Shown here piece after piece: positions 43,333-53,778 of a stretch of DNA of 64,000 nucleotides. The notes under the pieces are model-generated. The model did not search any database. It saw only the letters and a list, made by a program, of their open reading frames with translations, and was not told the origin of the DNA. The stretch is from NCBI RefSeq assembly GCF_965216145.1, contig NZ_OZ244149.1, forward strand, positions 1,209,663 through 1,273,662, read 5' to 3'. A program made the translations under genes and the position numbers. Position 1 is the stretch's first letter. Each line of letters begins with the position of its first letter. Source of the stretch: Candidatus Palauibacter sp. Lineage in GTDB: Bacteria; Gemmatimonadota; Gemmatimonadetes; Palauibacterales; Palauibacteraceae.

Positions 43333-45047
43333 GGCCCCGCTGGCGCGCGCGCCGCGAGAGCGCGAATCGCGGCATCATCGGTCGACCTGAAGGCGATGGC
43401 CCGCTCCACTTCCTCCGCTCTCCGTTCGCGAGTCCAGCCGAGTTCCGGCGCCATCACGGCCGCCACGCGGGCGGCGGCGGTCGGTGTCCCCTGCCGCGTT
43501 TCGAGACCGATCCGTGTCCGCCGATACAGGATGTCCTCGACGTGCGCCGCCATCTCGTCCCGTACCGAGTACACCGCTTCGGCCAGGATGTGCGGCTTCT
43601 CCGCGAGGACGCGCTCGCCCAGCCGTTCGTCGCGCTGCACCAGGTCGAGCACCCGGTGGGCCCGGGTCCCGTACGCCCGCATCAGCCGGTCGACCGTGGC
43701 GGTCTGAAGCCCGTGTCGTGCGGCGCGGTCGAGAATCCGGTCGCGCAGGGCCGCGGGGTCACGGAACTCGGCGCCGGGAAGCGGAACCCGGTCCGTATCC
43801 GCCTTCCGGACCGCCTTCACGCCCGCCGGCGCGAGGAAGGCCTGCACGCGATCCACGGTCTCCTCGGCCATGCGCCGGTGCGACGTCAGCTTTCCTCCAC
43901 TCAGTGTGAACACGCCGCGCGGTCCCTCGTGGATCTCGAACTCCCGGGAGACGGCGTCCTCGTCGTCGGCAGCGCCGGAGGGCGCGACGAGCGGCCGCAG
44001 GCCCGCCCACGCGCTGATGACATCGTCCGGCCCGAGCTTCGACGCCGGTAGCAGGTGGTTCGTCGCCTCGAGCAGATACGCGATGTCTTCGGGCGTGGCC
44101 GCGACTTCATGCGGTTCGCCGTCAAAGAACTCGTCCGTGGTCCCGATGATCGTGAGATCCTCGCGCCAGGGGAGGACGAACATCACGCGGCCGTCCTGCG
44201 GCGCCTCGAAGATGAGCGCGCCCGCGTGGCCGACCCGCTCGCGCGGTACGTGGATGTGGGTCCCGCGGGAGGGGCGGATCCGGACTCCGGCACCCGGACC
44301 CCTCCCGTCCCGGGCGCCGCCGGGCGCCGCGCCGATCCGGCCGAGAAGCTGCTCGGCCCACGCGCCGGTGGCGTTCACGATCGCCAGCGTGTCGACCTCC
44401 AGTTCCCTGCCGCTCTCGACATCCCGCACCGTCGCCCGGTGACCCGGCCAGTCCGAGGCATCGATGCGTACGATCTCGGCCCGGTTAGCGACCGTCGCAC
44501 CCGCTTCGAGGGCGGCCTGCATCGTCGCGATGACGAGTCTCGCGTCGTCGACCTGCGCGTCGAAGTAGCGCGCCCCGCCCAGCAACCCACCGGCGCGCAG
44601 GGCCGGCTCGCGTTCGAGCATGGCCCCGGCATCGAGCATCTGGTGCCGCTCGATGTTCCGGAACAACGACAGCGCGTCGTACAGCCACATGCCCGCGTCG
44701 AGCTTGCGCTTGCCGATCCGGCCTTCCCGGAAGATCGGGAAGTGGAACTCCAGCGGCCGAACGAGGTGGCGTGCGATTCGGAGGAGGGTCCGCCGCTCCT
44801 GGCTCGCCTCGAACACGAGATCGAACTCGAGATGCTCCAGGTAGCGCAGGCCGCCGTGCACGAGGCGGGACGAACGGCTGCTCGTCCCCCACGCGAAGTC
44901 CACGGCTTCAACGAGCGCGGTCCGGAAGCCGCGCCGCGCCGCGTCGCGCGCCACGGCGACGCCGGAAATCCCGCCGCCCACGACGAGGAGATCGAAGGCG
45001 GTCTCCGTGAGGCTCCGAAGGTGCTCCTCGCGCGGTCGAGCCGTCAC
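43329..45047 (-). CDS. glpD: FAD-dependent glycerol-3-phosphate dehydrogenase/oxidase
   Basis: DLLVVGGGISG, D.A.GTSSRSSRLVHGGLRYLE, D.QVDDARL, IVNATGAWA, SAWAGLRPL, GGKLT..R.MAE; start set at the GTG at 45047. Confidence 0.9.
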   Translation of the reverse strand: MTARPREEHLRSLTETAFDLLVVGGGISGVAVARDAARRGFRTALVEAVDFAWGTSSRSSRLVHGGLRYLEHLEFDLVFEASQERRTLLRIARHLVRPLEFHFPIFREGRIGKRKLDAGMWLYDALSLFRNIERHQMLDAGAMLEREPALRAGGLLGGARYFDAQVDDARLVIATMQAALEAGATVANRAEIVRIDASDWPGHRATVRDVESGRELEVDTLAIVNATGAWAEQLLGRIGAAPGGARDGRGPGAGVRIRPSRGTHIHVPRERVGHAGALIFEAPQDGRVMFVLPWREDLTIIGTTDEFFDGEPHEVAATPEDIAYLLEATNHLLPASKLGPDDVISAWAGLRPLVAPSGAADDEDAVSREFEIHEGPRGVFTLSGGKLTSHRRMAEETVDRVQAFLAPAGVKAVRKADTDRVPLPGAEFRDPAALRDRILDRAARHGLQTATVDRLMRAYGTRAHRVLDLVQRDERLGERVLAEKPHILAEAVYSVRDEMAAHVEDILYRRTRIGLETRQGTPTAAARVAAVMAPELGWTRERRAEEVERAIAFRSTDDAAIRALAARAPAGP

Positions 45048-45069
45048 CGGGGCCGGTCTCCCGGCGGGC

Positions 45070-46104
45070 TCACGGCGTGAGGACGAGCTTGCCGAAGACT
45101 CCGCCGGCCTCGAGGTGCTCATGCGCCTCGCGCGCCCGGTCCAGCGGCCACACGTCGTCGATGATGGGCTCCAGCGTGCCATCGAGCACCAGCGCCATCG
45201 CCGCGTCAAACTCCGACTGCGTAGCCATCGTCGTGCCGAGGACCGAGGTCTGGGTCCAGAAGAGGCGGGCGATGTGCAGCACGCCGCGTGGGCCGGTCGT
45301 GGCGCCGTAGACCACCATCCGTCCGCCCCTCGCGAGAGCGCGTACACAACCCTCCCACGTCACCTCGCCCACGCTGTCGAGAACGAGATCCACGCCGCGC
45401 TTCCCTGTCTCCGCCCAGACCCGGCGCGAAAAGTCCTCCTCCAGGCGGTCGATCACGAGATCCGCCCCCAGCGCTTCCACGCGACGCACGTTCCCCGGTC
45501 CGCTCGTGACCGCGAACACACGCGCACCGTGGTGCTTCGCGATCTGGATGGCGGCGGTGGAGACCCCACCCGATGCGCCGGTGATGAGGACCGTTTCACC
45601 CGCTGCCAGCCGTCCTCGCGACAGGAGCCCGCGCCACGCCGTTTGGTAGACGAGCGGTGCCACGGCCGCGGTGGCGAACGGGAAACCGTCCGGCAAGCGC
45701 ACGAGGCTGCGCTCCGGTACCGCCACCCATTCGGCGAAGCCGCCGGGCAGGTGTTCGCCCAGGACGCGGTAGGCGGGGCAGAGGGGATGCTCTCCCCGGA
45801 CGCACCATTCGCAGTCGTCGCGGGCACACCAGCACCCCGGGTTCACGGCCACCCGATCTCCGGCGGCCCACCCCGTGACCTCATCACCCAGCGCCACGAT
45901 CTCGCCGGCCATGTCCGAGCCGCCGATGTGGGGCATCTGCAGGCGGAGTCCCGGGAGCCCTCGCCGCACCCACAGATCGAGGTGATTCAGGCCCGCCGCC
46001 CGGACTCTGATCAGCACTTCACCCGGACCGGCTGTCGGGTCGGGCAGCTCGCCGACCTGAACGACGTCCGGTCCTCCATGTCGTTCGAAGTATGCCGCTT
46101 TCAT
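45070..46104 (-). CDS. Zinc-binding medium-chain dehydrogenase / quinone oxidoreductase
   Basis: GEVLIRV.AAGLNHLD.W, GSD.AG, structural Zn Cys cluster C..C..C.......C, GASGGV. Confidence 0.85.
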   Translation of the reverse strand: MKAAYFERHGGPDVVQVGELPDPTAGPGEVLIRVRAAGLNHLDLWVRRGLPGLRLQMPHIGGSDMAGEIVALGDEVTGWAAGDRVAVNPGCWCARDDCEWCVRGEHPLCPAYRVLGEHLPGGFAEWVAVPERSLVRLPDGFPFATAAVAPLVYQTAWRGLLSRGRLAAGETVLITGASGGVSTAAIQIAKHHGARVFAVTSGPGNVRRVEALGADLVIDRLEEDFSRRVWAETGKRGVDLVLDSVGEVTWEGCVRALARGGRMVVYGATTGPRGVLHIARLFWTQTSVLGTTMATQSEFDAAMALVLDGTLEPIIDDVWPLDRAREAHEHLEAGGVFGKLVLTP

Positions 46105-46174
46105 GGGCGCAACGTACGGCGGCGCGGCGGCGTGTGCAGCCATGGGTGACGCCCGATCACAGGCTCCCGCAGAG

Positions 46175-46191
46175 TTGAGAACCAGTCTCAA
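46175..46191. promoter_or_regulatory. Fur/PerR-like palindrome upstream of the suf operon
   Basis: TTGAGA-ACCAG-TCTCAA; 10 of 14 positions match the 7-1-7 TGATAAT-n-ATTATCA Fur box. Confidence 0.6.
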
Positions 46192-46197
46192 TCAGGG

Positions 46198-46226
46198 TTG
46201 ATAACGCGTCCAGAGCGACGTACCTT
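46198..46226 (+). promoter_or_regulatory. Sigma70-type suf operon promoter
   Basis: TTGATA (46198-46203), 17 bp, TACCTT (46221-46226). Confidence 0.55.
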
Positions 46227-46317
46227 ATCGCGTCGATAATGGTTGTTCCTTCATCCGTTTGTGTTTCCAGGCCGGCGCCCCTGGGTGACCGGCCTTTTGC
46301 AACTGAAGAGGATTCGA

Positions 46318-47091
46318 ATGTCAGAACCGCTGCTGTCGATTCGCGGACTGCGAGCGAGGGTGGAGGGAGAGGATACGGAGATCCTCCGAGGCGTGGATCT
46401 CGATGTCGAGCGCGGCCAGGTGCATGCGCTGATGGGACCCAACGGCTCGGGAAAGAGCACGCTGGCCAAGGTCATCGCCGGACACCCGACCTACGAGGTG
46501 ACGGGCGGCGAGATTCTGTTCAGGGGCGAAGACGTCCTCGAACTGGAGCCCGACGAGCGGAGCCGGGAGGGAATCTTCCTCGCCTTCCAGTATCCCGCCG
46601 AGGTTCCGGGGGTCTCTATCGCCAACTTCCTGCGCACGGCGATGAGCGCGCGTCTGGCCGAGGGCGAGGAGATGGACGTGTTCGGCTTCCAGCGCACGCT
46701 CACCGAGAAGCTCGAGATGCTGAGGATGGATCCGGGCTTCGCCATCCGGTATGTGAACGATGGTTTCTCGGGCGGCGAGAAGAAGCGGAACGAGATCCTC
46801 CAGATGGCGGTTCTTCAGCCCGCGCTGGCGGTGCTGGACGAGACGGACAGCGGTCTCGATATCGATGCGCTCAAGATCGTCTCGAACGGCGTGAACCGGC
46901 TTTCCGAAGCGGATGAAGCGCTCGGAGTTCTCCTCATCACGCACTACAAGCGGATCCTGAACTACATCCAGCCCGACCGCGTCCACGTCATGATGGCGGG
47001 GCGCATCGCCGAGAGCGGCGGTGCCTCGCTGGCCGACAAGCTGGAGGCCGAGGGTTATGACTGGCTCTACCAGGCGGCGGCAGCCGTCTAA
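46318..47091 (+). CDS. sufC: Fe-S cluster assembly ATPase SufC
   Basis: [47 protein letters not shown]. Confidence 0.95.
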   Translation: MSEPLLSIRGLRARVEGEDTEILRGVDLDVERGQVHALMGPNGSGKSTLAKVIAGHPTYEVTGGEILFRGEDVLELEPDERSREGIFLAFQYPAEVPGVSIANFLRTAMSARLAEGEEMDVFGFQRTLTEKLEMLRMDPGFAIRYVNDGFSGGEKKRNEILQMAVLQPALAVLDETDSGLDIDALKIVSNGVNRLSEADEALGVLLITHYKRILNYIQPDRVHVMMAGRIAESGGASLADKLEAEGYDWLYQAAAAV

Positions 47092-47162
47092 CAGCCAGCA
47101 GCCGAATTCCGCGGATTCTGCTCCGCGGCGATGACTCAGCAGTACCGGAAGGCGGAAGAACC

Positions 47163-48578
47163 ATGCCCCAGAACGAGACGATCACAGAGCTCGGGCTCGA
47201 CGAATACAAGTACGGTTTCATCACCGAGGACAAACCCGTCTTCAAGGCGGTCCCGGGGCTTTCCGAAGACATCGTCCGGCAGATCTCCGGTCACAAGGAC
47301 GAGCCGGATTGGATGCTCGAGTTCCGGCTCAAGGCGCTCGAGGTCTACCGGTCCAAGCCCATGCCGACGTGGGGCGGTGATCTCTCGAAGCTCGAGGATA
47401 CGCTCGACGAGATCTACTTCTATCTGAAGCCGCAGGAGCAGATGGAGCGGTCGTGGGACGACGTCCCGCAGGAGATCAAGGACACGTTCGAGAAGCTCGG
47501 GATTCCCGAGGCGGAGCGGAAGGCGCTCGCCGGGGTCGGAGCCCAGTACGAGTCCGAGATGGTCTATCATTCGCTCAAGGAACAGTGGGAGGAGCAGGGC
47601 GTGATCTTCGAGTCGATCGAGGACGGGCTCGCCAGGCATCCCGAACTGTTCAGGCAGTATTTCTCGACGATCGTCCCCACGCGCGACAACAAGTTCGCGG
47701 CGCTGAACTCGGCCGTGTGGTCGGGCGGGTCGTTCGTCTACATCCCGAAGGGGGTGAAGGTCGAGATCCCGCTCCAGGCCTACTTCCGCGTCAACGCCGA
47801 GAAGATGGGCCAGTTCGAGCGCACCCTCATCATCTGCGATGAGGGCGCCGAGGCGCACTACATCGAGGGCTGCACGGCGCCGGTCTACTCCACCGACTCG
47901 TTCCACTCGGGCGTGATCGAGATCGTGGTCAAGAAGGGGGCGCGGTTCCGCTACACGACGATCCAGAACTGGTCGAACAATATGTACAACCTCGTCACGC
48001 AGCGGGCGATGGTGCACGAGGACGCGAAGATGGAGTGGCTCGACGGCAACCTGGGCTCGAAGCTCACGATGAAGTACCCGTCGTGCTTCCTGGTCGGGGA
48101 GCGCGCGCACGGGGAGATCCTGTCGATCGCCTACGCCGGGGATGGCCAGCACCAGGACACGGGCGGGAAGGTGGTCCACGCGGCTCCGCATACGACGTCG
48201 CAGATCACGTCGAAGTCGATCTCGAGGGGGCTCGGGCGCTCGTCGTACCGCGGGCTGTGCAAAGTGTACGATGGCGCGGTGGGCGCGAAGTCCAACGTCG
48301 AGTGCGATGCGCTGCTGCTCGACGAGACGTCGCGGACGGACACCTACCCCTACATCGAGATCGACGAAAACACGGCTTCGATCGGCCACGAGGCGACCGT
48401 CTCCAAGGTAGGTGACGAGCAGCTGTTCTATCTGATGAGTCGCGGACTGGACCAGGCCGAGGCGATGGCGATGATCGTGCGAGGCTTCATCGAACCGGTG
48501 GCCAGGGAACTGCCGCTCGAGTATGCGATCGAACTGAACCGCCTGATCGAGATGGAGATGGAGGGGTCGGTCGGATAG
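47163..48578 (+). CDS. sufB: Fe-S cluster assembly protein SufB
   Basis: [58 protein letters not shown]. Confidence 0.95.
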   Translation: MPQNETITELGLDEYKYGFITEDKPVFKAVPGLSEDIVRQISGHKDEPDWMLEFRLKALEVYRSKPMPTWGGDLSKLEDTLDEIYFYLKPQEQMERSWDDVPQEIKDTFEKLGIPEAERKALAGVGAQYESEMVYHSLKEQWEEQGVIFESIEDGLARHPELFRQYFSTIVPTRDNKFAALNSAVWSGGSFVYIPKGVKVEIPLQAYFRVNAEKMGQFERTLIICDEGAEAHYIEGCTAPVYSTDSFHSGVIEIVVKKGARFRYTTIQNWSNNMYNLVTQRAMVHEDAKMEWLDGNLGSKLTMKYPSCFLVGERAHGEILSIAYAGDGQHQDTGGKVVHAAPHTTSQITSKSISRGLGRSSYRGLCKVYDGAVGAKSNVECDALLLDETSRTDTYPYIEIDENTASIGHEATVSKVGDEQLFYLMSRGLDQAEAMAMIVRGFIEPVARELPLEYAIELNRLIEMEMEGSVG

Positions 48579-48652
48579 ACGGCGGGCGCCGGGCGCGTTC
48601 CGCGTCACCTCTTTCCGGAAAACGGGATTAGAGACCAGGGGTCTCGGACGAT

Positions 48653-49984
48653 ATGAGCACTATGACAGCCGGGCTGGCGGAGTCGACGCTGGCCTCGGCG
48701 GATTTCAGGGCGTTCGCCGGCGGGCTTTCCGAGCCGGCGGGGATCGCGGAGGTGCGGGCCGCGGCGTGGGAGCGGTATGTCGCGTTGCCGTGGCCAACGA
48801 AGAAGTCGGAGGAATGGCGCTACACCGACCTGTCGAAGGTCGGCTTCGGCGCGCTCACGCCGACGCTCCCGACGATCGCGCCGGAGGAGCCGCTCTCCGC
48901 GGAGGTGCACGCCGTGCTGGCGCGGTCGGGGGATCGAGCGGGCATCGTCGTGCTCCGCGATGGGCAGGTCGCGCACCTCGAACTCGCGCCCGAGGTCGCC
49001 CGGGCGGGCGTGGTGCTGTGCTCGATTCGGGACGCCGCGGTCGAGCACGCCGGGCTGCTGCGGCGCACGATGTTCGATGCGCGGCCGGGACCGGCGGAGG
49101 AGAAGCTCTGGTCGCTGCATCTCGCGCTGCTGGGCGGTGGATACTTCCTCTATGTGCCGCGCGGTGTGCGGATGCCGGCGCCGGTCCATGCCTTCCACAT
49201 CGTCGAACGCGAGGGGACGATTTCTTCGACGCACTCGCTCGTGTACTCGGAGACGAGCGCGCGGGCCGCGGTGATCGACGAGTTCCTGTCCGACGATCTG
49301 GGCGCCGAGACCGTCTCGCTGCACGGGGCCACGGTCTCGGGCGAGGCCGACTCAGCCATCGAGTACGTAGCGCTGCAGCGCTACGGCCGCGGCGTGAAGC
49401 ACTTCTCGACGCAACACATCGTGGCGGGGCGCGACTCGCGGGTCGTGACGTTCAACGTCGCGTTGGGCGGCGACCTGTCCCGGGCGGACGTGACGAGCCG
49501 GCTGGCCGGGCCGGGGAGCAACAGCGAGATGCTGGCGCTCTGGTTCGGTGATGCGAACCAGCACTTCGATCACCACACGCTCCAGCATCACGCGGCGCCG
49601 CACGCGCGCAGCGACCTGTTGTTCAAGGGCGCCCTGACCGACAAGGCGTCGAGCGTGTTCCGGGGGCTGATCCGGGTGGACAAGGGCGCGCAGCTCACGG
49701 ACGCCTATCAGACCAATCGCAACCTGCTGCTCAGCGACGGGGCTCACGCGTCGGCTCTCCCCAACCTGGAGATCGAGGCCGATGACGTGCGTTGCTCGCA
49801 CGGCGCGACGATCGGACAGGTCGACGACGGACAGCTCTTCTATCTGATGACCCGCGGCCTGACGCGGCGCCAGGCGGAGCGACTGCTGGTGTTCGGGTTC
49901 TTCGACGAGGTGCTGGGGCGGCTTCCGATGGAGGGTGTCCGGGCCCGCGTCCGCGAAGCGATCGAGGAGAAGATCGGACTATGA
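48653..49984 (+). CDS. sufD: Fe-S cluster assembly protein SufD
   Basis: EEWRYTDL, S.LLFKG.L, F.GLI.V, PNLEI.ADDV.CSHGATIG, FYL.TRGL. Confidence 0.92.
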   Translation: MSTMTAGLAESTLASADFRAFAGGLSEPAGIAEVRAAAWERYVALPWPTKKSEEWRYTDLSKVGFGALTPTLPTIAPEEPLSAEVHAVLARSGDRAGIVVLRDGQVAHLELAPEVARAGVVLCSIRDAAVEHAGLLRRTMFDARPGPAEEKLWSLHLALLGGGYFLYVPRGVRMPAPVHAFHIVEREGTISSTHSLVYSETSARAAVIDEFLSDDLGAETVSLHGATVSGEADSAIEYVALQRYGRGVKHFSTQHIVAGRDSRVVTFNVALGGDLSRADVTSRLAGPGSNSEMLALWFGDANQHFDHHTLQHHAAPHARSDLLFKGALTDKASSVFRGLIRVDKGAQLTDAYQTNRNLLLSDGAHASALPNLEIEADDVRCSHGATIGQVDDGQLFYLMTRGLTRRQAERLLVFGFFDEVLGRLPMEGVRARVREAIEEKIGL

Positions 49985-50292
49985 GCCGGTTCGTTGCCGT
50001 AGCCAGCCTGGACGAAGTTCCGGAGAACGATACGAAGGGCGTGATGGTCGACGATCTGGCGATCGTCCTCATCAACAGCGGGGGCGACATCCACGCCCTC
50101 GAGGATTGCTGCTCGCACGAGGAGTTCCCCCTCTCCGCGGGGGAGGTCGCCGCCGGCGAGATCACGTGTACGCTGCACGGAGCGCGTTTCGACATCGCGA
50201 CAGGGGCGGTGCGCGCGCTGCCCGCGGTCATGCCGGTTCGGCGCTTCGACGTGCGACTCGACGGCGACGAGATCCAGGTCGACGTCGGCTGA
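49981..50292 (+). CDS. Rieske-type ferredoxin (non-heme iron oxygenase ferredoxin subunit-like)
   Basis: CSH...C.LHG.RF Rieske ligands; ATGA overlap with the sufD stop. Confidence 0.9.
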   Translation: MSRFVAVASLDEVPENDTKGVMVDDLAIVLINSGGDIHALEDCCSHEEFPLSAGEVAAGEITCTLHGARFDIATGAVRALPAVMPVRRFDVRLDGDEIQVDVG

Positions 50293-50320
50293 ACGGAACG
50301 GTCGACACGATCGGGGCTCG

Positions 50321-51661
50321 ATGATGGACACGAACCACCCGGCAGGCGTGCTCGCTCCGGACGGTCCCCCCCTGGCGGCCGACCGCGATTCGGCGGCGGC
50401 CGGCGGCGACGGGACGGAGACGGGTCCGACGCCTGCGTGGGACGTCGCGGCGATCCGGGCCCGGTTCCCCATCCTGTCGCGGGAAGTCAACGGCCATCCG
50501 CTCGTCTATCTCGACAGCGCGGCGAGTTCGCAGCAGCCGCTCCGCGTGCAGGACCGGGTGGAGCGCTATCTGCGCATGCAGCACGCCAACGTGCACCGCG
50601 GCGTGCACCAGCTGAGCGCCGAGGCGACCGAGGCGTACGAGGACGCGCGCCTCGCCGTGGCGGCGCATGCGGGCACGCCCGACCCATCGGAGATCGTCTT
50701 CACCCGCGGCACGACGGAGGCGGTGAACCTCGTCGCCTCGAGCTGGGGCGGCGCCTTCGTCGGCCCGGACGATGACATCGTGCTCACGAAGATGGAGCAC
50801 CACTCGAACCTCGTCCCCTGGCAGCTGCTCGCCGCCCGTACGGGGTGCGGACTCCACTTTGTCGATGTCACGGCCGAAGGCAGGCTCGACCTCGACGACC
50901 TCGACCGTCTTCTGAAGCGGCGGCCGCGCCTCGTCGCGTTCACCCACGTCTCCAACAGCCTCGGGACGATCAACCCCGTGCGGGAGATCGTGGCCCGGGC
51001 CCACGCGGCGGGCGCGCTCGCCCTCGTCGACGGCGCGCAGGCGGCCCCCCATCTCCTGACCGACGTGACCCGGCTCGGGTGTGACTTCTACGCCTTCAGC
51101 GGGCACAAGATGTGCGGACCCACGGGCGTCGGAGCGCTGTGGGCGAGGCGTGAACTGCTCGAGGCGATGCCTCCGTATCAGGGGGGCGGCGAGATGATCT
51201 CGGAGGTGACGCTGGAGGGATCTTCGTGGGCGAAGCCGCCGGCCAAATTCGAGGCCGGGACGCCGAACATCTCGGGCGTCGTGGGCTTCGGCGAGGCCGC
51301 CCGCTTCCTTGCGGACCTCGGGCGGGAAGCGCTCGCGTCTCACGAGGACGCCCTGACGCGATACGCGCTGGGACGGCTCGGCGCGATCGAAGGGCTCCGG
51401 CTGTACGGGCCCCGGCGAGGCCGCACGTCGGTGTTCTCCTTCACCTACGGAGACGTGCACCCGCACGACCTCTCCACGATCCTCGACCAGCGCGGCATCG
51501 CCATCCGGGCGGGACATCACTGCAACCAGCCGCTCATGGACCACTACGGGATCAGCGGCACCGCGCGGGCGAGCTTCTATCTCTACAACTCGGCGGACGA
51601 GATCGACGCGCTGTGCGACGGGCTCGCGATGGCCGCCGAAGTCTTTCACGGCATATCCTGA
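50321..51661 (+). CDS. sufS: SufS (group II) cysteine desulfurase
   Basis: YLDSAASSQ, FSGHKMCGPTG (PLP Lys), FEAGTP, IRAGHHCNQP (catalytic Cys). Confidence 0.95.
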   Translation: MMDTNHPAGVLAPDGPPLAADRDSAAAGGDGTETGPTPAWDVAAIRARFPILSREVNGHPLVYLDSAASSQQPLRVQDRVERYLRMQHANVHRGVHQLSAEATEAYEDARLAVAAHAGTPDPSEIVFTRGTTEAVNLVASSWGGAFVGPDDDIVLTKMEHHSNLVPWQLLAARTGCGLHFVDVTAEGRLDLDDLDRLLKRRPRLVAFTHVSNSLGTINPVREIVARAHAAGALALVDGAQAAPHLLTDVTRLGCDFYAFSGHKMCGPTGVGALWARRELLEAMPPYQGGGEMISEVTLEGSSWAKPPAKFEAGTPNISGVVGFGEAARFLADLGREALASHEDALTRYALGRLGAIEGLRLYGPRRGRTSVFSFTYGDVHPHDLSTILDQRGIAIRAGHHCNQPLMDHYGISGTARASFYLYNSADEIDALCDGLAMAAEVFHGIS

Positions 51662-51666
51662 CGCCC

Positions 51667-52164
51667 ATGACCGATCCCCCTCCGCAGGCGCCCGGCAGGG
51701 CCGACCGGGAGATCCCTTCCTCCCTCAACCAGCTGTACCAGGAAGTGATCCTCGATCACTACCGAAAACCCCGGCACAAGGGGCGGCTGGACGACGCCAC
51801 GCACGCGATCACGATGAACAACCCCCTGTGCGGAGACATCATCGAACTCATGCTTCGGGTGGAAGAGGGGAGGATCGCGGACGCCCGCTTTCTCGGGCGC
51901 GGCTGCTCGATCAGCCAGGCCGCCGTTTCGATGCTGACCGGACGTGTGCTCGGAAAATCGCTGGAGGAGGCGCGCGAGCTTTCCGCCAGGTTCACCCGGC
52001 TCCTGCACGGGGAGCGCGCGATGCTGGCGGACGACGATCTGGGCGATCTGCGCACGCTGGCGGGCGTCTCGAAGTTCCCGGTCCGCATCAAATGCGCCCT
52101 GCTGGGCTGGAACTGCCTGGAGGAGCTGGCGGACGGGACGAACTCCGGCAGCGACTCCGGGTGA
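51667..52164 (+). CDS. sufU: SufU (SUF-system NifU/IscU-like) sulfur acceptor
   Basis: LYQEVILDHY..PR..G, NP.CGD, GCSISQA, R.KCALL.W. Confidence 0.93.
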   Translation: MTDPPPQAPGRADREIPSSLNQLYQEVILDHYRKPRHKGRLDDATHAITMNNPLCGDIIELMLRVEEGRIADARFLGRGCSISQAAVSMLTGRVLGKSLEEARELSARFTRLLHGERAMLADDDLGDLRTLAGVSKFPVRIKCALLGWNCLEELADGTNSGSDSG

Positions 52165-52198
52165 TCCCGACGCGCCGCACCGGAACCCGCGGTCCGGC

Positions 52199-53173
52199 GT
52201 GAACCCGGACGGCGTCTCCGCCCCCTCGCCCAACGAGGGATCCCGCCCGTCATTCGGACGTGTGCTGCGGATCGCCGGCGGCGTCTATCACGTTGACGAC
52301 GCCAATTCGGTCATTCAGGCATCGCTGCGCGGCCGCGTCAAACGGACGGATTCGCGAATCGTATCCGTCGGGGACCTCGTCGAACTCGAGCGGGTCGGGG
52401 ACGAGATGCGGATCGTGCGCCTCCGACCGCGGCGCAGCGCACTCGCCCGCCACGGCGTCTCGAAGCGGCGCGAGCAGGTGATCGTGGCGAACGTCGACCA
52501 GGTCGCCGTCGTCGTCTCCGTCACGGCACCCGACCCCGATTTCCTCATGGTCGACCGGCTGCTCGCGTTGGCGGCGCTGAGCGAGATCGAGGCAGTTCTC
52601 GTGGTGAACAAGACGGACCTCGCGCCGCTCGGCGGGAGCGGCCCCGCCCGGGGCTCCGGCGGGGGAGACGCGGTCGGGAGCGGCCTCCGGCAGTACGCCG
52701 CGCTCGGTGTCGAAACGATGTGGACCAGCGCCGAATCGGCCGAGGGGCTGGAGGCGCTCGCCGCCCGGCTCGAGGGCCGCGTCACGGTGCTGAGCGGCCA
52801 GTCCGGCGTCGGCAAGTCGAGCCTCCTGAACGCGCTCGTCCCGGGCCTCGACCTGCGGGTGGGCCAGATCAGCGAGCGGCGGGGGCGCGGGCGGCACACC
52901 ACGGTCGCATCGGCGCTCTATCGCTATCCGCCGGGGGGCTACGTGGCCGATACGCCGGGCCTGCAGTACCTGGCGCTGTGGGACCTCGACCCCGCGCGGC
53001 TGCAGCGCGGCTTCGTGGAGATCGCCGCGGTCGGCGAGGGCTGCCGTTTCGCCGACTGCCGCCACCGCGTGGAGCCGGACTGCGCGGTCATCGCCGCCGT
53101 GGAGCGCGGGACCATCGCGCGGCGGCGGCGGGAGAGCTACCTGCGGCTCCTGGACGAAGCCGAGAAGACCTGA
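52199..53173 (+). CDS. rsgA: Ribosome small subunit-dependent GTPase A
   Basis: ANVDQ, NK.DL, GQSGVGKSSLLN, GRHTT, DTPG, C.F.DC.H..EP.C zinc finger. Start codon is approximate. Confidence 0.92.
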   Translation: MNPDGVSAPSPNEGSRPSFGRVLRIAGGVYHVDDANSVIQASLRGRVKRTDSRIVSVGDLVELERVGDEMRIVRLRPRRSALARHGVSKRREQVIVANVDQVAVVVSVTAPDPDFLMVDRLLALAALSEIEAVLVVNKTDLAPLGGSGPARGSGGGDAVGSGLRQYAALGVETMWTSAESAEGLEALAARLEGRVTVLSGQSGVGKSSLLNALVPGLDLRVGQISERRGRGRHTTVASALYRYPPGGYVADTPGLQYLALWDLDPARLQRGFVEIAAVGEGCRFADCRHRVEPDCAVIAAVERGTIARRRRESYLRLLDEAEKT

Positions 53174-53778
53174 TGGGCGAGACGGGCGCGCCGTGGAGCG
53201 AGGGCCGCGTCGCGCGCCGGCTGGCCGGCACGAGCCCCGCGCTCGTGCCGGAGGGGGCGGCGGACCGCCACGCCGCCGTGACCCTCGTCGTCCGACCCGG
53301 CCCCCGGGATCTCGAGGTGCTCTTCGTCCGGCGCGCCGAAGTCCCGGGTGACCCCTGGTCCGGCCACATGGCGCTCCCCGGCGGGCACCGCGACGCCGCC
53401 GATGCGGACATCCTGGCGACGGCGCGCCGCGAGACGCGCGAGGAGGTGGGGCTCGATCCCCCCTGCCGCGCCTACCTGGGGCGCCTCGACGACCTGCGCC
53501 CCGCGACCCGCCGGATCCCGTCGATCCTCATCTCGCCCTTCGTCGCGTGGCACGATGGTGAAACCCGGGTCGCGACGAACGACGAGGTGCAGTATCACGT
53601 CTGGGCACCGCTCGGCGCGCTGCGCGATCCCGCCCTGCGCTCGGAGGTCCGCTTCGCCGACGGTGGCCGCGAGCGCATCTTTCCCTCCATCTTGTTCGAG
53701 GGCGACACGATCTGGGGGCTCACCCATCGCGTCGTCATGAACTTCCTCGACCTTGTCACGGAGAAAGCCCTTCGATGA
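53173..53778 (+). CDS. Nudix hydrolase, CoA-pyrophosphatase-like
   Basis: DPWSGHMALPGG, TA.RET.EEVGL Nudix box, IWGLT. Confidence 0.88.
   Translation: MGETGAPWSEGRVARRLAGTSPALVPEGAADRHAAVTLVVRPGPRDLEVLFVRRAEVPGDPWSGHMALPGGHRDAADADILATARRETREEVGLDPPCRAYLGRLDDLRPATRRIPSILISPFVAWHDGETRVATNDEVQYHVWAPLGALRDPALRSEVRFADGGRERIFPSILFEGDTIWGLTHRVVMNFLDLVTEKALR

Noticed and set aside
43329-45347. 672-aa version of glpD
   Set aside because: The extension overlaps the Zn-dehydrogenase gene in another frame; GlpD homology starts near the GTG at 45047.
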